Assembly (NCBI GenBank): GCA_963749495.1
Contig: CAVVMW010000004.1
Span: 832,001-896,000 of the forward strand
Length of the DNA: 64,000 nt
Direction: 5' to 3'
Origin: an uncultured bacterium
Lineage (GTDB): Bacteria > Verrucomicrobiota > Verrucomicrobiia > Limisphaerales > UBA8199
This document shows, one piece after another, positions 32,876-41,168 of this stretch; the first letter of the stretch is position 1, and each line of letters starts with the position of its first letter. The position numbers and the translations under genes were made by a program. Under the pieces are notes generated by a model, which made no database searches, had not been told where the DNA came from, and saw only the letters and a program-made list of their open reading frames with translations.

Positions 32876-33087
32876 TCGGTCGCTATGTTAACCCAATAAT
32901 GCACAGCCGGTCAAACGTTGGCACAGCACATGCCCTAGGTGCGGATGAATCCGTGCAGAAATCCGCGCGCCTTTGAGCTGGCCCTCTCGCCTTTGGCAAC
33001 AAGCCACGGCTTCGTCGGAAAATCGCGTAAAGTATTGTTGGTCAAGGGAGTGTAAGATTTTGCGGAAAGGGGTCGGAAAGGGGTCGG

Positions 33088-33646
33088 AAAGGGGTCGGTG
33101 AAGACTATTGACATTAACACAAGGCCGCCCTTTCAAAGCGCCCAGTCAACGAAGGATCTGGCTGCGCCTGGACCGACTCCTGGGCGAATGGGGCATTCCC
33201 ACGGACAATCCGGCGGGGCGGAGACAGTTTTCGCGGTTGGTGCGGCAGCGCCTTCGCCAGGAGCCGCCCCAGACCGATTGGAAGGCGGTTGAGCGGGGTT
33301 GGTGTCTGGGCGACAAAGAGTTCAACGAGCAGTTGCTGGCGCAGATGTACGGGCGGCCGGGCGGTCATTACGGGCCGGAGCTGCGCGAGGGCGATGAATT
33401 GCATGCGCAGCGCTTGGCATTGGAGGAATTGCGGCGGAGGGGCTGGGGGCAGCAGGAGTTGGTGCGGCGGCGCAAGGGCGACCCGCAGAAGCTGCGGATA
33501 GCCTGGCGGCTGCTGCGCGAGAGCACGATGACCTTGAAATGGATTGCGCAGCGCCTTAAAATGGGCACTTGGACGCACGTGTCCAATTGCCTGGTGTTAA
33601 AGCGGAGAGCAGATGAAAAGTGCAAATAGTTTTGACCGACCCCTTT
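33088..33646 (+). mobile_element. Internally deleted element with ~26-bp imperfect IRs, carrying a transposase C-terminal fragment (33108..33629, RAYT/Y1-associated type)
   Basis: aaaggggtcggtgaagactattgaca / tgcaaatagttttgaccgaccccttt; WLRLDRLLGEWG, RGWCLG, RKGDPQK...TMTLKWIAQRLKMG; no HUH motif; left end in tandem x3. Confidence 0.7.
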
Positions 33647-34169
33647 TCACCGCCCGCCCCTGCACCCCGGAGACCGACGCCAACCCTCACCGCTACGAGG
33701 ACCTGCCTCCGATTGCCGAACAGGTGGCGGCCTAAGCCAAATCCCCGGCATGGCCGGGTTCGTTTGCGCTCGCGAACCCGGACGACCCTCTCCCCTCTCG
33801 TGTCCCCAAGGGCCATGAGCCGACCCTTCAGCCCGTGCGGATTCATCTTGGGCCTGGCCCCGGGCGCTGTATCATGCAGTCAGTTCTGACGAAAACCGAA
33901 ATGTCGCTCTCAAAACCCAACTGGCGGAATGTCAACGTGCCTGCAGGAACCCTCCTTGACTACCTAAACTCGAGCTTTCGCGGGAACAATTCTGCCCTCC
34001 CAGACTTGGAAAAGGGGTCGGAACGTAGTATTGACAACTCTTGAAGGTGAATTCCGCCATTTTCACATGTTCCCGCTTTTTGGTTCCTCCGGCCGCGATT
34101 TTCGCCGGCGCGAAAGCTTCGCTGCCGCATCAACCCATGAGGGCCTGAACCGCCCGACAAACATGGTGG

Positions 34170-34505
34170 ACGGGATTCGCGAATGTCGTCGAGCAAGAGC
34201 TGCGCCGGGCGCTTAGACATAAATCAGATCAGCTTCGATGAGCTGCCAGCGATTTGGTTTCACGGCACGCCGAGAGCCCAAATCGAACTCGAAGCGTGGA
34301 GCCGACGTTCCAATTCCTCTGCCAGGCTGACGAAACCCAGCCCGATTGAGGGGTCCACCTCGACCAAAACGTCCACGTCGCTCCGGTCAGTCTGCTCGTT
34401 GCGGGCGTAGGAGCCGAAGAGAGCCAGGCTTTGCACCTGGAATCGCTCTTGGAGTTCGGCTTTCGCGGCCGCCAGGCCGCCCAATATTTCTTCCCGCGTC
34501 TTCAT
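34170..34505 (-). pseudogene. Degenerate MNT (minimal nucleotidyltransferase)-HEPN/DUF86 toxin-antitoxin pair
   Basis: LFGSYARNEQTDRSDVDVLVE; natural end RRAVKPNRWQLIEADLIYV* is out of frame (stop 34213); overlapping MSKRPAQLLLDDIRES truncated after about 16 codons. Confidence 0.8.
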
Positions 34506-34619
34506 CCGTTAATCGGAAGCCAACAGCAGCGTCGCAGCACACCCCAAGAATAGCAAGGAGGCCCTGTGGGTTCAAGGCACTGCACGCACCCCGAATCCTC
34601 GGCTAAGCAGATCTTATGA

Positions 34620-34686
34620 AACCGCGGAATGCGCGGAATACGCGGAAAACAACGGGCTTTCCGCGTATTCCGCGTATTCGGCGGTT
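34620..34686. repeat. AACCGCGG...CGGCGGTT palindrome with 9-mer repeats
   Basis: aaccgcggaatgcgcggaatacgcggaa...ttccgcgtattccgcgtattcggcggtt. Confidence 0.8.
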
Positions 34687-34854
34687 CTCTTCCTTTGCTC
34701 GATTGGCCTCCTAAACCAAGACCGCTTCACGTGCACCCGGCCCACCTCCCCCTGTACCCGAAGCTCGATTTTACCGAGCTGGCATCGACTTCCACCGTGT
34801 CAAACAAAAACCGTGCCCGCAAAAATCCCCCGATTTTACCGGCGCCGTGGCGCG

Positions 34855-35650
34855 TTGCCGAGTGGAGGCGGGCAGTTGCCTGCCCGCCCCCCTCTGAGAA
34901 CCGTACGTGAAAGTTTCCCTTCATTCCGGCTCAAGCCCTCATAAGGTCAGCGCAATCGAATTGAACTTTTTGGCCGACCCACGGGCAAACGGGCGAGCAA
35001 ACCTCGCACATCCGTAAACCCGCTTGGCGATACTGGCGTGCGGTCGTAATGCGCCGTGCTCCTTGGGGAGACGGCACCCAGAGCGCATCAACCGGCGAGC
35101 GCCGGTCGTCATTTGCAGTTCTGGTGGGTAACGATTCCTCATGCGTTCTTGCCATTTCAGACCAGACCGACGTGGGCATATCCAGCGCATTCCCGCTGGC
35201 GTTGGCTTCTTCGGTCATCCCAATGCTGCGCCCCCTGACCCGCCTTGCGGTGAGGTCTGCCCGGTCGCGTAACCGGGCGGGGTTGGCAGCGTTTCCATGT
35301 TCTGCAACGTTCACAGGATGATTTAGGTCCGCCCTATACACCGGCAACGCGAGGTTCGCGTCGGGGTACGCAACAGCCCCCGAACCTGGTTGCTTGCCTT
35401 TTGGCCCAAGCCTTAACCAGCCTCTTTTGGCTTGACAACAATCACGATGCTTGCGGGCGTTCATTTGGTTTTGACCATGTCATCCGATTCTAGTGCTCCC
35501 CCGGATTGAGGCTCCCAGGTTTGCTCCATTGTCCGGAAGGCTTCAGACCCCAAGACGCAGCGCGTCTGGCGCCTGCTTCCGTAGAATACCTGTGGCGAAA
35601 CACAGGGCTTAATCATGAACTATTCATGTTTTTTGCAGTAAACGTTGCAA
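34855..35650 (-). ncRNA. ORF-less group II intron (about 795 nt)
   Basis: Domain V GAGCCGGAATGAAGGGAAACTTTCACGTACGGTTC (34932-34898; AGC triad, GAAA loop); domain VI hairpin GGCGGGCAG-GCAA-CTGCCCGCC; putative 5' end TTGCAACG at 35650; no RT motifs inside; 5' boundary tentative. Confidence 0.8.
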
Positions 35651-35792
35651 CTTCACGTCGCGGGTTGCGGGTCGTGTTGCGGGTCTGACTCAAAAATCCA
35701 CCGGTTCCATGCGCCTTGTAGCACTGTTGCGGGTCCATACCCCCCGCCCCCTAGACCAGCCGGTCAGGAGAACGGCTTCGGCGGAAAAACCT

Positions 35793-35962
35793 TGTAAACC
35801 TCACCCGAACGAATGACGAATGACGAATGGCGAATGACGAATGACGAATGACGAATGACGAATGACGAATGACGAATGACGAATGACGAATGAACAACCG
35901 CAAGGTCTTCCTTTCGTCATTCGTCATTCGTCATTCGTCATTTCATTCTCCTAACGCACCTC
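35793..35962. repeat. Third copy of the mnmA upstream junction with (CGAATGA)12
   Basis: tgtaaacctcacccgaa-(cgaatga)n-caaccgcaaggtc-(tcattcg)n-ttcattctcctaacgcacctc. Confidence 0.9.
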
Positions 35963-38548
35963 ACGCAACAGCCGGAAGATGACTTCGTAGAGCCGCTTTA
36001 GGGTTTCATCGGGGACCTGGCTGACCACGCCGAGCGAGGCATTGGCAAACAACTCGGCGTCGCCCGAGAAGATCACCGTCCCTTTGCCGGCGCGTTTCAG
36101 GGAGAGCACCGGCTTTTGCCCGTCGGCAAATAGCAGACCGGTTCCTCCGATGGCGAGCCGGGCGTTTTGACCGGCGGCCACGAGTTGGCCGGCGGCGTTG
36201 GAGATGGATTGGCTCTGAGGCAGCGCCTCGGCCACGGCCAGGCCGAACATTCCCAGGATCTGGTTGGAGATCAACCGCTTGTTTGCGGGTGAATCGAGGA
36301 TGAACAGAACCCCGCCCCGCTCGACAAAGCGCCGGAGCCGGCGCAGATCGGATTGTGAGGGAGAGCCCGACGGGTTGATCATCACTATCCCGTCGTCCTG
36401 CCGGACCGAATCGGCGAGTTTAGCGCAGACCCGCGGGACAAACCCCACCCGCTGCACCCAAACGTAGAGCGTGCTGAAGTCCTGGATCGGGTCGTGGAAC
36501 AAGGTTCGATCCGGCAGTTCGAAATGCGACCATTGCCGGTCGAAACAGATCGTCGGATAGCGGGTGTGCGGCGCCGGGGGTGGATAAGCGGCTCGATTGG
36601 CGGCGCCGACCAAGCCCACCCCGGCGAAAACGCCCACGGCGCAGGCTGCCAGGAGCATCGGAACCGATTCGGGCCATGGTCGCCGCCCGCGCCAGGCGCC
36701 CGCCGCCGCCAGGAGCAGCCCGAGGGCCGCAAACACCAGGGGCAACGCTGCGCAGGCATTCCGGCGGTTCAGCCAGTCGGTGCAACCCAGCATCAGTTCC
36801 GGCTTGCCGGGGATGAACATCCAGAAGTTCGAGAAAACCGTGCTGTCCGTGAAGGCCGCCACGCGTCCCCGCTTGAACTTCACCGCGGCCAACTGGGGGA
36901 ACAGGCCGAAGGTCACGCGCGGGTCGTCGGTCGCGGTGCTGAAGAAGGAGCGCGCCGAATAGTCATGGCCCGCGGTCCGGAGCGCGTATCCGTTCATGGG
37001 AATCCGGGCTCCCGGCGGGACCCGCAGCGTGCAGGAGGTGCCGAAGAGAAACGGCGGCAACCGTTGCACGATGGGATGCGGCAACAGGCGCGGCTTCTCG
37101 TAAAACGAGAGCCCGCCCGTGGACAGGTCGTAAGTGGCATCGTAGTTGTAGTGGAGCCCGAAGCGGTGGGCGATCGAGTTCAGGCACTTGCTCGTGCCGA
37201 AGACGTTCGTGTGATCGCCGATCAACAACAGCCCGCCGCCACGCTCGACAAACCGCTCGACAGCCTCGATTTCCTCCGGCGTGAAACCGGCCGTGGGCGT
37301 CTTGATGATGAGGATGTCGCACTCCGCCAGCAGGGCCGGCGTGATCCGGGACGTGTAATGCCGGACGCGGTAGTAATGTTCGAGAAAGTTCGCCAGGCAA
37401 TAGTAGTTGTAGCCCGACTCCTCGCCGTACCATTCAGTATCGTATGGGCGGTCGATCTTCTCCCAGCCGCTATGCGTTTCATCGATCAGCAGCCGGCCCG
37501 GCTTGGTTTGGCCGGGGTCCTCCCAACCCCAGGCCGCCACCAGGCAAAGGGCGGCCGCCGCGAAGGTCATGGCTCCCAGGGCCGCCCTTGGCCGCGCCGT
37601 TGCGCCCGGCGTTGGTGCCGTCGCGCAGGCGCCTTCCACCGCAGTCCATCGCGTGCCCATGCAGCCGGCGAACAGCGGCAGGTGGCTCAAGGCCAATATC
37701 CACGGACTCCAAAACAGCGAAAAAACGGGCAGGTCCAGGTAGAGCAGCGCCAGGAGGAAATACCGTGCCACGGCATAGGCCAGCGCCCACAGCACAAACA
37801 GCGTGAAGTGGCGCAACCGATGCCTCTCCTGGCAGAGCATTTGCCAGGCGGCAAACCCGCAAGCGGCGTTGGCCAGGAAAAACCAGCCGAAGTATTCGCC
37901 GCTCATCGCATACTCCCGGACCTCCGAGCTGCCTTGCACGAACACCGTGCTTGACTCCCAGGCCGCATCATGGCCGAAGAGCTTGAACAGCACGCACACG
38001 ACCGGCGCCAGGCCGGGAAGCTCATGAAACCGGCTGCCCAGGCTCATCAGCAGCGGCAGCAGCGCGCTCTGGAAAAGACAGATTACCCCGGTCAGAATGA
38101 TGCCGAAGGAAAAACCGGACCACCGGCGGCTCCAACGCGTCAGCCGCCAGAGCGCGACGCCGCCCAGAGTCAATGCGCCGCCGATGGAAACCGGATAGGG
38201 CGCAAAGACCACAACCACCAGGGCCCCCAGGCCATAACCGAGAGAGGCCTTGCCGGGGAGCGCCGGGGCGCTCTCCCGCAGGCAAAGGCCGATCAAGACG
38301 GCGCCCGCGGCGATCAGCAGCAGCCCAACCCGGCTCGAAGGATTGAAGACAGGGAGAAGCAACTGCCACCCGCTCACCTCCAGGAACAGCCCCAGCCAGA
38401 ACAACTTCCTTTGGTTGGAGCTTGGCGCAATAGTATCCGGACACGAGGGTCGAGGGTCGAGGGGCGAGGGGCGGCCGTACGGCTCTCTCTGGACCCTCGA
38501 CCCTCGACCCTTCGACGTGCCATTACATATGAACCGAGGTTTATTCAC
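35951..38548 (-). CDS. Multi-pass membrane protein with exosortase-like N-terminal region and two GATase1/DUF4350-like domains (paralog B)
   Basis: LLIDETH, DILIIKTP, FVERGGGLLLIGDHT, GRVAAFTDS; second domain FVERGGVLFILD, GTVIFSGD; GTG at 38548 overlaps the upstream stop. Confidence 0.8.
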   Translation of the reverse strand: MNKPRFICNGTSKGRGSRVQREPYGRPSPLDPRPSCPDTIAPSSNQRKLFWLGLFLEVSGWQLLLPVFNPSSRVGLLLIAAGAVLIGLCLRESAPALPGKASLGYGLGALVVVVFAPYPVSIGGALTLGGVALWRLTRWSRRWSGFSFGIILTGVICLFQSALLPLLMSLGSRFHELPGLAPVVCVLFKLFGHDAAWESSTVFVQGSSEVREYAMSGEYFGWFFLANAACGFAAWQMLCQERHRLRHFTLFVLWALAYAVARYFLLALLYLDLPVFSLFWSPWILALSHLPLFAGCMGTRWTAVEGACATAPTPGATARPRAALGAMTFAAAALCLVAAWGWEDPGQTKPGRLLIDETHSGWEKIDRPYDTEWYGEESGYNYYCLANFLEHYYRVRHYTSRITPALLAECDILIIKTPTAGFTPEEIEAVERFVERGGGLLLIGDHTNVFGTSKCLNSIAHRFGLHYNYDATYDLSTGGLSFYEKPRLLPHPIVQRLPPFLFGTSCTLRVPPGARIPMNGYALRTAGHDYSARSFFSTATDDPRVTFGLFPQLAAVKFKRGRVAAFTDSTVFSNFWMFIPGKPELMLGCTDWLNRRNACAALPLVFAALGLLLAAAGAWRGRRPWPESVPMLLAACAVGVFAGVGLVGAANRAAYPPPAPHTRYPTICFDRQWSHFELPDRTLFHDPIQDFSTLYVWVQRVGFVPRVCAKLADSVRQDDGIVMINPSGSPSQSDLRRLRRFVERGGVLFILDSPANKRLISNQILGMFGLAVAEALPQSQSISNAAGQLVAAGQNARLAIGGTGLLFADGQKPVLSLKRAGKGTVIFSGDAELFANASLGVVSQVPDETLKRLYEVIFRLLREVR

Positions 38549-41126
38549 GCTCGGGAACCAGCTTTTGCAGAAACTGGATGTTTTCGAGGTTGAACGACTC
38601 AGCCATCTCAAGGTTCCGGTTCAAAAAGAACCTCGAATCACCCGCCAGGAAGACCTTCCCCCGCTGGCAGTGTCGGCACACGATTAAGGGGTACTCCCCG
38701 CGTTGGCAGAGAACCTCCGTCCCGGCCGGGTCACTCGTGACAGGCCAGGCGTTAAGAAAGTGGATTTTGGCGCTATTGGTTTCAGGACCGATCGGCCCGA
38801 GCGGCAGATTCCTGAGTCGGAGACCGAACCGCTGCAACAGGTCCCGGCAAGCGGGGGCTTCTTCATACCCGGCGCAGATGAAGAGGCTGCCCCCCTCACG
38901 CACAAAGGCCTCATAGGCGCTGCGTTCGGCCGCTCGGAAGGCCCTGGCCGGCGCGACAAGGAACACGAGCCGGCTTTGCCGCAGCCACTGCGGGGAGAAC
39001 CGCCGAGTGACCACCGGCAGGTAATGCTTTCGCATCAGGTTCTGGGCCAGCCCGCCCAGGCCATCGGGCATCCAGAGGTCCGGGGAACAGCGGCTCAGGT
39101 GCGAGCAGTCAATCAACGCTTCCCCTCCAACTGACGCGGCCGGCAGCGGGCGGGAACAGTGCCGGCCCGCCAGCACGGACACTTCGTAGCCCGCGACAAA
39201 GCAGGCAAACAGGCCAATCCAAGCGGCGGACCACGATGCCCTCGTCCCGAGCCGAACCCAGAATACCGCGACGGCGGCGGCGGACAGGAGCAGGGAAAGC
39301 CCTTTGCCCCATCGTGGCTCCTTGAGCGAGAGCCACTCAAAGATGGCGCACACAAAGTCCGCGCTCAGCGGCAGAGCGCCGTTTTGGAAACTCGTGGTGT
39401 CGCCAAAAACCAGCACCTTGCCCCGCTGGTGCCGGGCGGTGGCGACCAGCACGACATCCCCGAGCCGCTCGTCATTCGAGCATTGCCGGTCGCCCAAATA
39501 GCCATTGGCACGGTTCTGCAAATCGCCTTTGTCGGAAAAACCGTGCGGGCCAACCACCAGCGGCCATGCCGGCCAACCGACCGACAGCGACGCCCCAACG
39601 CTGATTTGAGCGTCCGCGGCCCAGTCCAATCCACAGGTCGTGTAGTGCTGGAAGCATTCCAGTCCCTCGGCCCACACCATCCGGCGCGGCATCGCGCAAT
39701 CGAAATTGAACCCGATGTTCACCGGGGCCAGCAGGTCATTGAACGGTTCGCGGATTTCCGTCGTGCCGGTATGGTCCCCGACCGCCAGCAGGCTGCCGCC
39801 GCGCGCCACAAAATCCCAAATCCTCCGCTTCTCCTCGGCCGGGAACTTCCGCATCAGGTTGAACACCACGAGCACGTCCGCATTTTCCAAGGCCCCGGCC
39901 TTGAGCGGACCGCGCGCCGCCTGGCAGTGATGGCGCTCGAGAAACGGCCCCAGCAAACCGAACATCCCGCCGGCCATCCCGCCGTAGCGTCCGTACTGCG
40001 GCACCGACCAATCCAGCGTGCCATCGTCGTACAACAGCACGCGCGGTTGAACTCGAGGCTGGAACCAGGCCCAAAACCCATCCGAAAAGCTGAGCATCAA
40101 CAGACTGCAAGCCGCGGCCAGCGCGGCAACCTTGCCCGCCGGCACCCGCCAACTCGGAGCGTGTCCGGAAAAGCGTGGCGCGGGCGTCTCGCCCGCGGCA
40201 GACAGGGGCGAGACGCCCCTGCCACTGGGATCTTCCGGACCCGCTCTCAGGGCCGCCAGGGCCGCGTGCCGCAAATGGATGGCCACCAGGACGAAGCCCG
40301 CCAGAAACAGCCCCAGTTGCGCGCCCCCGAGCATCACCCACGGCGAATCCAGCCGCCAGCGCAAGAGCCAATGGTGGAACAGGAGTTGATACGGCACCAA
40401 CAGCGCAAGCTGCCCGCCCGCCAACCAGAACAACCAACGCGGCTCTTTCGGGCGCGACGCCGCGAAAATCGCGGCGTGGGCAATCAGAAATAACAGGACT
40501 ATCAACACGCCGGAATAGCTCGGGCCAAGCTCAATGCCCGGACGCGCCAGCAGCGAGCTGAACGCGCAGGTGAGCGACGAAACCTTCTGGAGCCCGACAA
40601 ACGCCGCAGGAAACATCTGCCGCGCGATCAGCCATAAGCCAATGCCGGCGGCCAGGAGCACCAGCACGTGCTGCACGGGGCCAGAGTCCCTGGATTCGGG
40701 AACAGATCGCAAGCAAGTCGAGCCCTGCGCACGGGCGACGGGGCCAGAGGCCCCCTCAACCGGCAGACCGGAGGTCTGCCGCACGCTTCGAGGCTGCGCC
40801 TCGTTGGATCCCTCCTTTTCACCGCCCAGGATGAAGGGCAGCAGCAGCCCAAGAAAAACGCCAAAAACGGCGCAGACCCCGCCCAGGCGAAAGCTCAACA
40901 AAATGGGAACCAGCAGCGCCAGGGCGAGGCCACGCCGCAGCCAACCGGCAGCGGCGAAAACGGGCCGGAGGCCGGAGATCAGCACCGGCAAAAAAAGGAC
41001 AAAGGCGGCATAATTCCGGCACGGCGCGCTCAGGCAGCCGATCTGCCCGGCGAGAAGGTTCAGGGCTAGCAGCAGGGTCCCGCAGTTTCTGATGGATTTC
41101 AATCGACTGCGCGGGGGTTGGAGCAT
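38541..41126 (-). CDS. Multi-pass membrane protein with exosortase-like N-terminal region and two GATase1/DUF4350-like domains (paralog A)
   Basis: IELGPSYSG, DVLVVFN, FVARGGSLLAVGDHT, GKVLVFGDT; second domain LIDCSH, FVREGGSLFI, GKVFLAGDS. Confidence 0.8.
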   Translation of the reverse strand: MLQPPRSRLKSIRNCGTLLLALNLLAGQIGCLSAPCRNYAAFVLFLPVLISGLRPVFAAAGWLRRGLALALLVPILLSFRLGGVCAVFGVFLGLLLPFILGGEKEGSNEAQPRSVRQTSGLPVEGASGPVARAQGSTCLRSVPESRDSGPVQHVLVLLAAGIGLWLIARQMFPAAFVGLQKVSSLTCAFSSLLARPGIELGPSYSGVLIVLLFLIAHAAIFAASRPKEPRWLFWLAGGQLALLVPYQLLFHHWLLRWRLDSPWVMLGGAQLGLFLAGFVLVAIHLRHAALAALRAGPEDPSGRGVSPLSAAGETPAPRFSGHAPSWRVPAGKVAALAAACSLLMLSFSDGFWAWFQPRVQPRVLLYDDGTLDWSVPQYGRYGGMAGGMFGLLGPFLERHHCQAARGPLKAGALENADVLVVFNLMRKFPAEEKRRIWDFVARGGSLLAVGDHTGTTEIREPFNDLLAPVNIGFNFDCAMPRRMVWAEGLECFQHYTTCGLDWAADAQISVGASLSVGWPAWPLVVGPHGFSDKGDLQNRANGYLGDRQCSNDERLGDVVLVATARHQRGKVLVFGDTTSFQNGALPLSADFVCAIFEWLSLKEPRWGKGLSLLLSAAAVAVFWVRLGTRASWSAAWIGLFACFVAGYEVSVLAGRHCSRPLPAASVGGEALIDCSHLSRCSPDLWMPDGLGGLAQNLMRKHYLPVVTRRFSPQWLRQSRLVFLVAPARAFRAAERSAYEAFVREGGSLFICAGYEEAPACRDLLQRFGLRLRNLPLGPIGPETNSAKIHFLNAWPVTSDPAGTEVLCQRGEYPLIVCRHCQRGKVFLAGDSRFFLNRNLEMAESFNLENIQFLQKLVPERE

Positions 41127-41168
41127 CCAGTATTGACGGCGTTTTGGACTGCGGTCCCGATACGAACG

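Noticed and set aside
33873..33970. DUF433 antitoxin fragment (VPAGTLLDYL)
   Set aside because: Resemblance is too short and degenerate to call.
34931..35464. Intron-encoded reverse transcriptase (177-aa ORF)
   Set aside because: No YADD or other RT motifs; the ORF overlaps the structured RNA.
30670..35790. Integron cassette array or prophage
   Set aside because: No intI, no convincing repeated attC (RYYYAAC...GTTRRRY) pairs, and no phage genes.
35810..35945. CRISPR array
   Set aside because: Pure 7-bp tandem units with no unique spacers, and no cas genes; the same holds for the other heptamer tracts.
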